Assembly: GCF_009914755.1 (NCBI RefSeq)
Contig: NC_060947.1
Reading direction: 5' to 3' (one strand)
From: the human T2T-CHM13v2.0 reference genome, Homo sapiens
Length of the DNA stretch: 64,000 nucleotides
The translations under genes and the position numbers were made by a program. How positions within the stretch are numbered: the stretch's first letter is position 1; each line of letters starts with the position of its first letter. This document shows positions 1 to 12,450 of this stretch, piece after piece. Below the pieces are notes generated by a model that was not told the DNA's origin, did no database searches, and saw nothing but the letters and a program-made list of their open reading frames with translations.

Positions 1-495
1 CAGGCCTCAAAGCCCTCCAAACGTCCACTTGCAGATTCTCGAAAAAGAGTGTTTCATAGCTGCTCTTTCAAAAGGAAAGTTCAACTCTGGGAGTTGAATA
101 CAAACATCACAAAGTAGTTTCTGAGAATGCTTCTGTTTAGTTTTTATGTGAAGATGATCCCGTTTCCAGTGAAATCTTCAAAGAGGTCCACATATCCCCT
201 TGCAGATTCCAAAGAAAGAGGGTTTCAAAACTGCTCCATCAGAAGGATTGTTCAACTCTGTGAGTTGAATGCAGTCATCGCAGAAAACTTTCTGAGAATG
301 CTTCTGGCTAGGTTTGATGTGAAGATATAGACGTTTCAAACGAAGGCTACAAAGTGGTCAAAATATACACTTGCAGATTCTACTACAAGGGTGTTGCAAA
401 CCTGAACTATCAAAGGAAGGTTCAACTCTGTGAGTTGAATACAAACATCACAAAGAATGTTCTGAGTTTGCTTCCGTTCAGTTATGGGAAGTTGA

Positions 496-512
496 TCCCG
501 TTTCCAACGAAA
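496..512 (-). promoter_or_regulatory. CENP-B box, canonical (recurs once per HOR at this offset)
   Basis: Plus strand TCCCGTTTCCAACGAAA is the reverse complement of TTTCGTTGGAAACGGGA and matches the core NTTCGNNNNANNCGGGN. Confidence 0.93.
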
Positions 513-1003
513 TCCTCAGAGAGGTCCAAATATCCCCTCGCAGATTCTACAAAACGTGTGTTTGGAAACTGCTCCATCATAACGAATGTTCAGCTCCCTG
601 AGTTAAACTCCATCGTCACAAAGAATTTTCTGAGAGTGCTACCGTCTGGTTTTTATATGAAGTTCTTTCCTTCACTACCACAGGCCTCAAAGCGGTCCAA
701 ATCTCCACTTGCAGATTCTACAAAAAGAGTGTTTGCAAACTGCTCTATCAAAAGGAATGTTCAACTCTGGGAGTTGAATGCAATCATCACAGAGCAGTTT
801 CTGAGAATGCTTCTATGTCGTTTTTAGAAGATATTTCCTTTTCCAACACAGTCCTCCAAGCCCGCTAAATAGCCACTTGCACATTGTAGAAAAAGTGTGT
901 CAAAGCTGCGCTATCAAAGGGAAAGTTCAACTCTGTGAGGTGAATGCAAACATCCCAAAGAAGTTTCTGAGAATGCTTCCGTTTAGCTTTTAGGTGAAGA
1001 TTA

Positions 1004-1020
1004 TCCCGTTTCCAACGAAA
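1004..1020 (-). promoter_or_regulatory. CENP-B box, canonical (recurs once per HOR)
   Basis: Plus strand TCCCGTTTCCAACGAAA; all nine core positions present. Confidence 0.93.
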
Positions 1021-1049
1021 CCTTCAAAGAGGTCCAAATATCCCCTTGC

Positions 1050-1055
1050 GGATCC
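1050..1055. other. BamHI site defining the ~2.0-kb HOR fragment, one per unit
   Basis: GGATCC within CCTTGCGGATCCCACAG, seen at this offset in the complete units. Confidence 0.9.
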
Positions 1056-1360
1056 CACAGAAAGAGTGTTTCGAAACTGCTGTTTCAAAAGGAATCTTCA
1101 ACTCTGTGAGTTGAATGCAATCATCACAAAGAAGTTTCTGACAATGCTTCTCTCTCGTCTTTCTGTGAAGATAAAGGAAAAGGCTTTCAGGCCTTTGCCA
1201 CCACAGGCCTGAAAGCGCTCCAAATGTCCACTTGCAGATTCTGCGAAAAGAATATTTCAAAACTGCTCTATGAAAAGCAATGTTAAACTCTGTGGCTCGA
1301 ACACAAACATCACAAAGCGGTTTCTGAGAATGCTTCAGTTTAGTTTTTCTGTGGAAATAT

Positions 1361-1377
1361 TCCCGTTTCCAAAGAAA
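1361..1377 (-). other. Degenerate CENP-B-box position, predicted non-binding; two more per HOR near 158 and 328
   Basis: TCCCGTTTCCAAAGAAA lacks CGAA; near 158 TCCCGTTTCCAGTGAAA lacks CGAA; near 328 AGACGTTTCAAACGAAG lacks CCCG. Confidence 0.8.
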
Positions 1378-1531
1378 TCTTCAAAGAGGTCCACGTATCC
1401 ACTTACAGATTCTACAAAAAGACAGTTTCAAAACTGCTCCATCAAAAGGAGGGTTCAACCGTGTGACTTGAATGCAATCATCACTCAGAAGTTTCTGAGA
1501 ATGCTTCTCTTTAGTTTTTACGTGAACATAT

Positions 1532-1548
1532 ACCCGTTTCGAACGAAG
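1532..1548 (-). promoter_or_regulatory. CENP-B box, core-intact variant (recurs once per HOR)
   Basis: Plus strand ACCCGTTTCGAACGAAG reads CTTCGTTCGAAACGGGT on the minus strand; the nine core positions are intact. Confidence 0.85.
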
Positions 1549-1698
1549 GCCACCCAGTGGTCCAAATATCCACTTGCAGATTATACAGAAAGAGTGTTTC
1601 GAACCTGAACTCTCAAAGGCAGGTTCATCTCTGCGAGTTAAATGCATTCATCATGAAGAACTTTCTCAGAGTGTTTGTGTTTAGTTATGGGAAATTAT

Positions 1699-1715
1699 TC
1701 CCGTTTCCAACGAAA
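1699..1715 (-). promoter_or_regulatory. CENP-B box, canonical; the box most often mutated across copies
   Basis: Plus strand TCCCGTTTCCAACGAAA in U1. Core disrupted in U2, U8, U13, U14, U19, U20, U23, U24, U27. Confidence 0.9.
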
Positions 1716-2180
1716 TCCTCAGAGAGCTCCAAATATCCACCTGCAGATTCTACCAAAAGTGTATTTGGAAACTGCTCCATCAAAAGGCATGTTCAGCTCT
1801 GTGAGTGAAACTCCATCATCACAAAGAATATTCTGAGAATGCTTCCGTTTGCCTTTTATATGAAGTTCCTTCCTGTACTACCGTAGGCCTCAAAGCAGTC
1901 CAAATCTCCATTTGCAGATTCTATAAAAAGAGTGATTCCAATCTGCTCTATCAATAGGATTGTTCAACTCCATGAGTTGAATGCCATCCTCACAAAGTCG
2001 TTTCTGAGAATGCTTCTATCTGGTTTTTGTGTGAAGATATTTCCTTTTCCACCACAGGCCTCAAAGCCCTCCAAACGTCCACTTGCAGATTCCCGAAAAA
2101 GAGTGTTTCATAGCTGCTCTTTCAAAAGGAAAGTTCAACTCTGGGAGTTGAATACAAACATCACAAAGTAGTTTCCGAGA

Positions 2181-4237
2181 ATGCTTCTGTTTAGTTTTTA
2201 TGTGAAGATGATCCCGTTTCCAGTGAAATCTTCAAAGAGGTCCACATATCCCCTTGCAGATTCCAAAGAAAGAGGGTTTCAAAACTGCTCCATCAGAAGG
2301 ATTGTTCAACTCTGTGAGTTGAATGCAGTCATCGCAGAAAACTTTCTGAGAATGCTTCTGTCTAGGTTTGATGTGAAGATATAGACGTTTCAAACGAAGG
2401 CTACAAAGTGGTCAAAATATACACTTGCAGATTCTACTACAAGGGTGTTGCAAACCTGAACTATCAAAGGAAGGTTCAACTCTGTGAGTTGAATACAAAC
2501 ATCACAAAGAATGTTCTGAGTTTGCTTCCGTTCAGTTATGGGAAGTTGATCCCGTTTCCAACGAAATCCTCAGAGAGGTCCAAATATCCCCTCGCAGATT
2601 CTACAAAACGTGTGTTTGGAAACTGCTCCATCATAACGAATGTTCAGCTCCCTGAGTTAAACTCCATCGTCACAAAGAATTTTCTGAGAGTGCTACCGTC
2701 TGGTTTTTATATGAAGTTCTTTCCTTCACTACCACAGGCCTCAAAGCGGTCCAAATCTCCACTTGCAGATTCTACAAAAAGAGTGTTTGCAAACTGCTCT
2801 ATCAAAAGGAATGTTCAACTCTGGGAGTTGAATGCAATCATCACAGAGCAGTTTCTGAGAATGCTTCTATGTCGTTTTTAGGAGAAGATATTTCCTTTTC
2901 CAACACAGTCCTCCAAGCCCGCTAAATAGCCACTTGCACATTGTAGAAAAAGTGTGTCGAAGCTGCGCTATCAAAGGGAAAGTTCAACTCTGTGAGGTGA
3001 ATGCAAACATCCCAAAGAAGTTTCTGAGAATGCTTCCGTTTAGCTTTTAGGTGAAGATTATCCCGTTTCCAACGAAACCTTCAAAGAGGTCCAAATATCC
3101 CCTTGCGGATCCCACAGAAAGAGTGTTTCGAAACTGCTGTTTCAAAAGGAATCTTCAACTCTGTGAGTTGAATGCAATCATCACAAAGAAGTTTCTGACA
3201 ATGCTTCTCTCTCGTCTTTCTGTGAAGATAAAGGAAAAGGCTTTCAGGCCTTTTCCACCACAGGCCTGAAAGCGCTCCAAATGTCCACTTGCAGATTCTG
3301 CGAAAAGAATATTTCAAAACTGCTCTATGAAAAGCAATGTTAAACTCTGTGGCTCGAACACAAACATCACAAAGCAGTTTCTGAGAATGCTTCAGTTTAG
3401 TTTTTCTGTGGAAATATTCCCGTTTCCAAAGAAATCTTCAAAGAGGTCCACGTATCCACTTACAGATTCTACAAAAAGACAGTTTCAAAACTGCTCCATC
3501 AAAAGGAGGGTTCAACTGTGTGACTTGAATGCAATCATCACTCAGAAGTTTCTGAGAATGCTTCTCTTTAGTTTTTACGTGAACATATACCCGTTTCGAA
3601 CGAAGGCCACCCAGTGGTCCAAATATCCACTTGCAGATTCTACAGAAAGAGTGTTTCGAACCTGAACTCTCAAAGGCAGGTTCATCTCTGCGAGTTAAAT
3701 GCATTCATCATGAAGAACTTTCTCAGAGTGTTTGTGTTTAGTTATGGGAAATTATTCCCGTTTCCAATGAAATCCTCAGAGAGCTCCAAATATCCACCTG
3801 CAGATTCTACCAAAAGTGTATTTGGAAACTGCTCCATCAACAGGCATGTTCAGCTCTGTGAGTGAAACTCCATCATCACAAAGAACATTCTGAGAATGCT
3901 TCCGTTTGCCTTTTATATGAAGTTCCTTCCTATACGACCGTAGGCCTCAAAGCAGTCCAAATCTCCATTTGCAGATTCTACAAAAAGAGTGATTCCAATC
4001 TGCTCTATCAATAGGATTGTTCAACTCCATGAGTTGAATGCCATCCTCACAAAGTAGTTTCTGAGAATGCTTCTATCTAGTTTTTATGTGAAGATATTTC
4101 CTTTTCCACCACAGGCCTCAAAGCCCTCCAAACGTCCACTTGCAGATTCTCGAAAAAGAGTGTTTCATAGCTGCTCTTTCAAAAGGAAAGTTCAACTCTG
4201 GCAGTTGAATACAAACATCACAAAGTAGTTTCCGAGA
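2181..4237 (-). repeat. Representative canonical-length 2057-bp 12-monomer HOR unit (U2)
   Basis: Anchor spacing 2181 to 4238 is 2057 bp. Twelve monomers. In U1 coordinates the box positions are about 158 B, 328 B, 496 B, 668 A, 836 A, 1004 B, 1190 A, 1361 B, 1532 B, 1699 B, 1870 A, 2041 A, i.e. two pentamers plus a dimer, typical of pentameric family 3. Confidence 0.9.
3233..3273. repeat. Two overlapping inverted repeats in the ~186-bp long monomer (recurs per HOR)
   Basis: GGAAAAGGC (3233-3241) pairs with GCCTTTTCC (3248-3256); GCTTTCAGGCCT (3240-3251) pairs with AGGCCTGAAAGC (3262-3273). Confidence 0.9.
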
Positions 4238-7200
4238 ATGCTTCTGTTTAGTTTTTATGTGAAGATGATCCCGTTTCCAGTGAAATCTTCAAAGAGGTCC
4301 ACATATCCCCTTGCAGATTCCAAAGAAAGAGGGTTTCAAAACTGCTCCATCAGAAGGATTGTTCAACTCTGTGAGTTGAATGCAGTCATCGCAGAAAACT
4401 TTCTGAGAATGCTTCTGTCTAGGTTTGATGTGAAGATATAGACGTTTCAAACGAAGGCTACAAAGTGGTCAAAATATACACTTGCAGATTCTACTACAAG
4501 GGTGTTGCAAACCTGAACTATCAAAGGAAGGTTCAACTCTGTGAGTTGAATACAAACATCACAAAGAATGTTCTGAGTTTGCTTCCGTTCAGTTATGGGA
4601 AGTTGATCCCGTTTCCAACGAAATCCTCAGAGAGGTCCAAATATCCCCTTGCAGATTCTACAAAACGTGTGTTTGGAAACTGCTCCATCATAACGAATGT
4701 TCAGCTCCCTGAGTTAAACTCCATCGTCACAAAGAATTTTCTGAGAGTGCTACCGTCTGGTTTTTATATGAAGTTCTTTCCTTCACTACCACAGGCCTCA
4801 AAGCGGTCCAAATCTCCACTTGCAGATTCTACAAAAAGAGTGTTTGCAAACTGCTCTATCAAAAGGAATGTTCAACTCTGGGAGTTGAATGCAATCATCA
4901 CAGAGCAGTTTCTGAGAATGCTTCTATGTCGTTTTTAGGAGAAGATATTTCCTTTTCCAACACAGTCCTCCAAGCCCGCTAAATAGCCACTTGCACATTG
5001 TAGAAAAAGTGTGTCAAAGCTGCGCTATCAAAGGGAAAGTTCAACTCTGTGAGGTGAATGCAAACATCCCAAAGAAGTTTCTGAGAATGCTTCCGTTTAG
5101 CTTTTAGGTGAAGATTATCCCGTTTCCAACGAAACCTTCAAAGAGGTCCAAATATCCCCTTGCGGATCCCACAGAAAGAGTGTTTCGAAACTGCTGTTTC
5201 AAAAGGAATCTTCAACTCTGTGAGTTGAATGCAATCATCACAAAGAAGTTTCTGACAATGCTTCTCTCTCGTCTTTCTGTGAAGATAAAGGAAAAGGCTT
5301 TCAGGCCTTTGCCACCACAGGCCTGAAAGCGCTCCAAATGTCCACTTGCAGATTCTGCCAAAAGAATATTTCAAAACTGCTCTATGAAAAGCAATGTTAA
5401 ACTCTGCGGCTCGAACACAAACATCACAAAGCGGTTTCTGAGAATGCTTCAGTTTAGTTTTTCTGTGGAAATATTCCCGTTTCCAAAGAAATCTTCAAAG
5501 AGGTCCACGTATCCACTTACAGATTCTACAAAAAGACAGTTTCAAAACTACTCCATCAAAAGGAGGGTTCAACTGTGTGACTTGAATGCAATCATCACTC
5601 AGAAGTTTCTGAGAATGCTTCTCTTTAGTTTTTACGTGAACATATACCCGTTTCGAACGAAGGCCAGCCAGTGGTCCAAATATCCACTTGCAGATTCTAC
5701 AGAAAGAGTGTTTCGAACCTGAACTCTCAAAGGCAGGTTCATCTCTGCGAGTTAAATGCATTCATCATGAAGAACTTTCTCAGAGTGTTTGTGTTTAGTT
5801 ATGGGAAATTATTCCCGTTTCCAACGAAATCCTCAGAGAGCTCCAAATATCCACCTGCAGATTCTACCAAAAGTGTATTTGGAAACTGCTCCATCAAAAG
5901 GCATGTTCAGCTCTGTCAGTGAAACTCCATCATCACAAAGAATATTCTGAGAATGCTTCCGTTTGCCTTTTATATGAAGTTCCTTCCTGTACTACCGTAG
6001 GCCTCAAAGCAGTCCAAATCTCCATTTGCAGATTCTACAAAAAGAGTGATTCCAATCTGCTCTATCAATAGGATTGTTCAACTCCATGAGTTGAATGCCA
6101 TCCTCACAAAGTCGTTTCTGAGAATGCTTCTATCTGGTTTTTGTGTGAAGATATTTCCTTTTCCACCACAGGCCTCAAAGCCCTCCAAACGTCCACTTGC
6201 AGATTCTCGAAAAAGAGTGTTTCATAGCTGCTCTTTCAAAAGGAAAGTTCAACTCTGGGAGTTGAATACAAACATCACAAAATAGTTTCCGAGAATGCTT
6301 CTGTTTAGTTTTTATGTGAAGATGATCCCGTTTCCAGTGAAATCTTCAAAGAGGTCCACATATCCCCTTGCAGATTCCAAAGAAAGAGGGTTTCAAAACT
6401 GCTCCATCAGAAGGATTGTTCAACTCTGTGAGTTGAATGCAGTCATCGCAGAAAACTTTCTGAGAATGCTTCTGTCTAGGTTTGATGTGAAGATATAGAC
6501 GTTTCAAACGAAGGCTACAAAGTGGTCAAAATATACACTTGCAGATTCTACTACAAGGGTGTTGCAAACCTGAACTATCAAAGGAAGGTTCAACTCTGTG
6601 AATTGAATACAAACATCACAAAGAATGTTCTGAGTTTGCTTCCGTTCAGTTATGGGAAGTTGATCCCGTTTCCAACGAAATCCTCAGAGAGGTCCAAATA
6701 TCCCCTCGCAGATTCTACAAAACGTGTGTTTGGAAACTGCTCCATCATAACGAATGTTCAGCTCCCTGAGTTAAACTCCATCGTCACAAAGAATTTTCTG
6801 AGAGTGCTACCGTCTGGTTTTTATATGAAGTTCTTTCCTTCACTACCACAGGCCTCAAAGCGGTCCAAATCTCCACTTGCAGATTCTACAAAAAGAGTGT
6901 TTGCAAACTGCTCTATCAAAAGGAATGTTCAACTCTGGGAGTTGAATGCAATCATCACAGAGCAGTTTCTGAGAATGCTTCTATGTCGTTTTTAGGAGAA
7001 GATATTTCCTTTTCCAACACAGTCCTCCAAGCCCGCTAAATAGCCACTTGCACATTGTAGAAAAAGTGTGTCAAAGCTGCGCTATCAAAGGGAAAGTTCA
7101 ACTCTGTGAGGTGAATGCAAACATCCCAAAGAAGTTTCTGAGAATGCTTCCGTTTAGCTTTTAGGTGAAGATTATCCCGTTTCCAACGAAACCTTCAAAG

Positions 7201-10200
7201 AGGTCCAAATATCCCCTTGCGGATCCCACAGAAAGAGTGTTTCGAAACTGCTGTTTCAAAAGGAATCTTCAACTCTGTGAGTTGAATGCAATCATCACAA
7301 AGAAGTTTCTGACAATGCTTCTCTCTCGTCTTTCTGTGAAGATAAAGGAAAAGGCTTTCAGGCCTTTTCCACCACAGGCCTGAAAGCGCTCCAAATGTCC
7401 ACTTGCAGATTCTGCGAAAAGAATATTTCAAAACTGCTCTATGAAAAGCAATGTTAAACTCTGTGGCTGGAACACAAACATCACAAAGCGGTTTCTGAGA
7501 ATGTTTCAGTTTAGTTTTTCTGTGGAAATATTCCCGTTTCCAAAGAAATCTTCAAAGAGGTCCACGTATCCACTTACAGATTCTACAAAAAGACAGTTTC
7601 AAAACTGCTCCATCAAAAGGAGGGTTCAACTGTGTGACTTGAATGCAATCATCACTCAGAAGTTTCTGAGAATGCTTCTCTTTAGTTTTTACGTGAACAT
7701 ATACCCGTTTCGAACGAAGGCCACCCAGTGGTCCAAATATCCACTTGCAGATTCTACAGAAAGAGTGTTTCGAACCTGAACTCTCAAAGGCAGGTTCATC
7801 TCTGCGAGTTAAATGCATTCATCATGAAGAACTTTCTCAGAGTGTTTGTGCTTAGTTATGGGAAATTATTCCCGTTTCCAACGAAATCCTCAGAGTGGTC
7901 CAAATATCCACCTGCAGATTCTACCAAAAGTGTATTTGGAAACTGCTCCATCAAAAGGCATGTTCAGCTCTGTGAGTGAAACTCCATCATCACAAAGAAT
8001 ATTCTGAGAATGCTTCCGTTTGCCTTTTATCTGAAGTTCCTTCCTATACGACCGTAGGCCTCAAAGCAGTCCAAATCTCCATTTGCAGATTCTACAAAAA
8101 GAGTGATTCCAATCTGCTCTATCAATAGGATTGTTCAACTCCATGAGTTGAATGCCATCCTCACAAAGTCGTTTCTGAGAATGCTTCTATCTAGTTTTTA
8201 TGTGAAGATATTTCCTTTTCCACCACAGGCCTCAAAGCCCTCCAAACGTCCACTTGCAGATTCTCGAAAAAGAGTGTTTCATAGCTGCTCTTTCAAAAGG
8301 AAAGTTCAACTCTGGCAGTTGAATACAAACATCACAAAGTAGTTTCCGAGAATGCTTCTGTTTAGTTTTTATGTGAAGATGATCCCGTTTCCAGTGAAAT
8401 CTTCAAAGAGGTCCACATATCCCCTTGCAGATTCCAAAGAAAGAGGGTTTCAAAACTGCTCCATCAGAAGGATTGTTCAACTCTGTGAGTTGAATGCAGT
8501 CATCGCAGAAAACTTTCTGAGAATCCTTCTGTCTAGGTTTGATGTGAAGATATAGACGTTTCAAACGAAGGCTACAAAGTGGTCAAAATATACACTTGCA
8601 GATTCTACTACAAGGGTGTTGCAAACCTGAACTATCAAAGGAAGGTTCAACTCTGTGAGTTGAATACAAACATCACAAAGAATGTTCTGAGTTTGCTTCC
8701 GTTCAGTTATGGGAAGTTGATCCCGTTTCCAACGAAATCCTCAGAGAGGTCCAAATATCCCCTTGCAGATTCTACAAAACGTGTGTTTGGAAACTGCTCC
8801 ATCATAACGAATGTTCAGCTCCCTGAGTTAAACTCCATCGTCGCAAAGAATTTTCTGAGAGTGCTACCGTCTGGTTTTTATATGAAGTTCTTTCCTTCAC
8901 TACCACAGGCCTCAAAGCGGTCCAAATCTCCACTTGCAGATTCTACAAAAAGAGTGTTTGCAAACTGCTCTATCAAAAGGAATGTTCAACTCTGGGAGTT
9001 GAATGCAATCATCACAGAGCAGTTTCTGAGAATGCTTCTATGTCGTTTTTAGGAGAAGATATTTCCTTTTCCAACACAGTCCTCCAAGCCCGCTAAATAG
9101 CCACTTGCACATTGTAGAAAAAGTGTGTCAAAGCTGCGCTATCAAAGGGAAAGTTCAACTCTGTGAGGTGAATGCAAACATCCCAAAGAAGTTTCTGAGA
9201 ATGCTTCCGTTTAGCTTTTAGGTGAAGATTATCCCGTTTCCAACGAAACCTTCAAAGAGGTCCAAATATCCCCTTGCGGATCCCACAGAAAGAGTGTTTC
9301 GAAACTGCTGTTTCAAAAGGAATCTTCAACTCTGTGAGTTGAATGCAATCATCACAAAGAAGTTTCTGACAATGCTTCTCTCTCGTCTTTCTGTGAAGAT
9401 AAAGGAAAAGGCTTTCAGGCCTTTGCCACCACAGGCCTGAAAGCGCTCCAAATGTCCACTTGCAGATTCTGCCAAAAGAATATTTCAAAACTGCTCTATG
9501 AAAAGCAATGTTAAACTCTGCGGCTCGAACACAAACATCACAAAGCGGTTTCTGAGAATGCTTCAGTTTAGTTTTTCTGTGGAAATATTCCCGTTTCCAA
9601 AGAAATCTTCAAAGAGGTCCACGTATCCACTTACAGATTCTACAAAAAGACAGTTTCAAAACTGCTCCATCAAAAGGAGGGTTCAACTGTGTGACTTGAA
9701 TGCAATCATCACTCAGAAGTTTCTGAGAATGCTTCTCTTTAGTTTTTACGTGAACATATACCCGTTTCGAACGAAGGCCACCCAGTGGTCCAAATATCCA
9801 CTTGCAGATTCTACAGAAAGAGTGTTTCGAACCTGAACTCTCAAAGGCAGGTTCATCTCTGCGAGTTAAATGCATTCATCATGAAGAACTTTCTCAGAGT
9901 GTTTGTGTTTAGTTATGGGAAATTATTCCCGTTTCCAACGAAATCCTCAGAGAGCTCCAAATATCCACCTGCAGATTCTACCAAAAGTGTATTTGGAAAC
10001 TGCTCCATCAAAAGGCATGTTCAGCTCTGTCAGTGAAACTCCATCATCACAAAGAATATTCTGAGAATGCTTCCGTTTGCCTTTTATATGAAGTTCCTTC
10101 CTGTACTACCGTAGGCCTCAAAGCAGTCCAAATCTCCATTTGCAGATTCTACAAAAAGAGTGATTCCAATCTGCTCTATCAATAGGATTGTTCAACTCCA

Positions 10201-12450
10201 TGAGTTGAATGCCATCCTCACAAAGTCGTTTCTGAGAATGCTTCTATCTGGTTTTTGTGTGAAGATATTTCCTTTTCCACCACAGGCCTCAAAGCCCTCC
10301 AAACGTCCACTTGCAGATTCTCGAAAAAGAGTGTTTCATAGCTGCTCTTTCAAAAGGAAAGTTCAACTCTGGGAATTGAATACAAACATCACAAAATAGT
10401 TTCCGAGAATGCTTCTGTTTAGTTTTTATGTGAAGATGATCCCGTTTCCAGTGAAATCTTCAAAGAGGTCCACATATCCCCTTGCAGATTCCAAAGAAAG
10501 AGGGTTTCAAAACTGCTCCATCAGAAGGATTGTTCAACTCTGTGAGTTGAATGCAGTCATCGCAGAAAACTTTCTGAGAATGCTTCTGTCTAGGTTTGAT
10601 GTGAAGATATAGACGTTTCAAACGAAGGCTACAAAGTGGTCAAAATATACACTTGCAGATTCTACTACAAGGGTGTTGCAAACCTGAACTATCAAAGGAA
10701 GGTTCAACTCTGTGAATTGAATACAAACATCACAAAGAATGTTCTGAGTTTGCTTCCGTTCAGTTATGGGAAGTTGATCCCGTTTCCAACGAAATCCTCA
10801 GAGAGGTCCAAATATCCCCTCGCAGATTCTACAAAACGTGTGTTTGGAAACTGCTCCATCATAACGAATGTTCAGCTCCCTGAGTTAAACTCCATCGTCA
10901 CAAAGAATTTTCTGAGAGTGCTACCGTCTGGTTTTTATATGAAGTTCTTTCCTTCACTACCACAGGCCTCAAAGCGGTCCAAATCTCCACTTGCAGATTC
11001 TACAAAAAGAGTGTTTGCAAACTGCTCTATCAAAAGGAATGTTCAACTCTGGGAGTTGAATGCAATCATCACAGAGCAGTTTCTGAGAATGCTTCTATGT
11101 CGTTTTTAGGAGAAGATATTTCCTTTTCCAACACAGTCCTCCAAGCCCGCTAAATAGCCACTTGCACATTGTAGAAAAAGTGTGTCAAAGCTGCGCTATC
11201 AAAGGGAAAGTTCAACTCTGTGAGGTGAATGCAAACATCCCAAAGAAGTTTCTGAGAATGCTTCCGTTTAGCTTTTAGGTGAAGATTATCCCGTTTCCAA
11301 CGAAACCTTCAAAGAGGTCCAAATATCCCCTTGCGGATCCCACAGAAAGAGTGTTTCGAAACTGCTGTTTCAAAAGGAATCTTCAACTCTGTGAGTTGAA
11401 TGCAATCATCACAAAGAAGTTTCTGACAATGCTTCTCTCTCGTCTTTCTGTGAAGATAAAGGAAAAGGCTTTCAGGCCTTTTCCACCACAGGCCTGAAAG
11501 CGCTCCAAATGTCCACTTGCAGATTCTGCGAAAAGAATATTTCAAAACTGCTCTATGAAAAGCAATGTTAAACTCTGTGGCTGGAACACAAACATCACAA
11601 AGCGGTTTCTGAGAATGTTTCAGTTTAGTTTTTCTGTGGAAATATTCCCGTTTCCAAAGAAATCTTCAAAGAGGTCCACGTATCCACTTACAGATTCTAC
11701 AAAAAGACAGTTTCAAAACTGCTCCATCAAAAGGAGGGTTCAACTGTGTGACTTGAATGCAATCATCACTCAGAAGTTTCTGAGAATGCTTCTCTTTAGT
11801 TTTTACGTGAACATATACCCGTTTCGAACGAAGGCCACCCAGTGGTCCAAATATCCACTTGCAGATTCTACAGAAAGAGTGTTTCGAACCTGAACTCTCA
11901 AAGGCAGGTTCATCTCTGCGAGTTAAATGCATTCATCATGAAGAACTTTCTCAGAGTGTTTGTGCTTAGTTATGGGAAATTATTCCCGTTTCCAACGAAA
12001 TCCTCAGAGTGGTCCAAATATCCACCTGCAGATTCTACCAAAAGTGTATTTGGAAACTGCTCCATCAAAAGGCATGTTCAGCTCTGTGAGTGAAACTCCA
12101 TCATCACAAAGAATATTCTGAGAATGCTTCCGTTTGCCTTTTATCTGAAGTTCCTTCCTATACGACCGTAGGCCTCAAAGCAGTCCAAAGCTCCATTTGC
12201 AGATTCTACAAAAAGAGTGATTCCAATCTGCTCTATCAATAGGATTGTTCAACTCCATGAGTTGAATGCCATCCTCACAAAGTCGTTTCTGAGAATGCTT
12301 CTATCTAGTTTTTATGTGAAGATATTTCCTTTTCCACCACAGGCCTCAAAGCCCTCCAAACGTCCACTTGCAGATTCTCGAAAAAGAGTGTTTCATAGCT
12401 GCTCTTTCAAAAGGAAAGTTCAACTCTGGCAGTTGAATACAAACATCACA
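4200..12450. repeat. Tandem duplication of a two-HOR block (period 4114 bp; U3-U4 = U5-U6)
   Basis: Variants recur at +4114: CTCTGTCAGT about 5916/10030, GTGAATTG 6601/10715, GTGCTTAG 7851/11965, GAGTGGTCC about 7896/12010. Boundaries approximate. Confidence 0.85.

Noticed and set aside
1183-1216. Hairpin as a rho-independent terminator or structured ncRNA
   Set aside because: Eukaryotic satellite context, no transcription unit or U-tract, and no compensatory changes among the variants. Kept only as a DNA inverted repeat.
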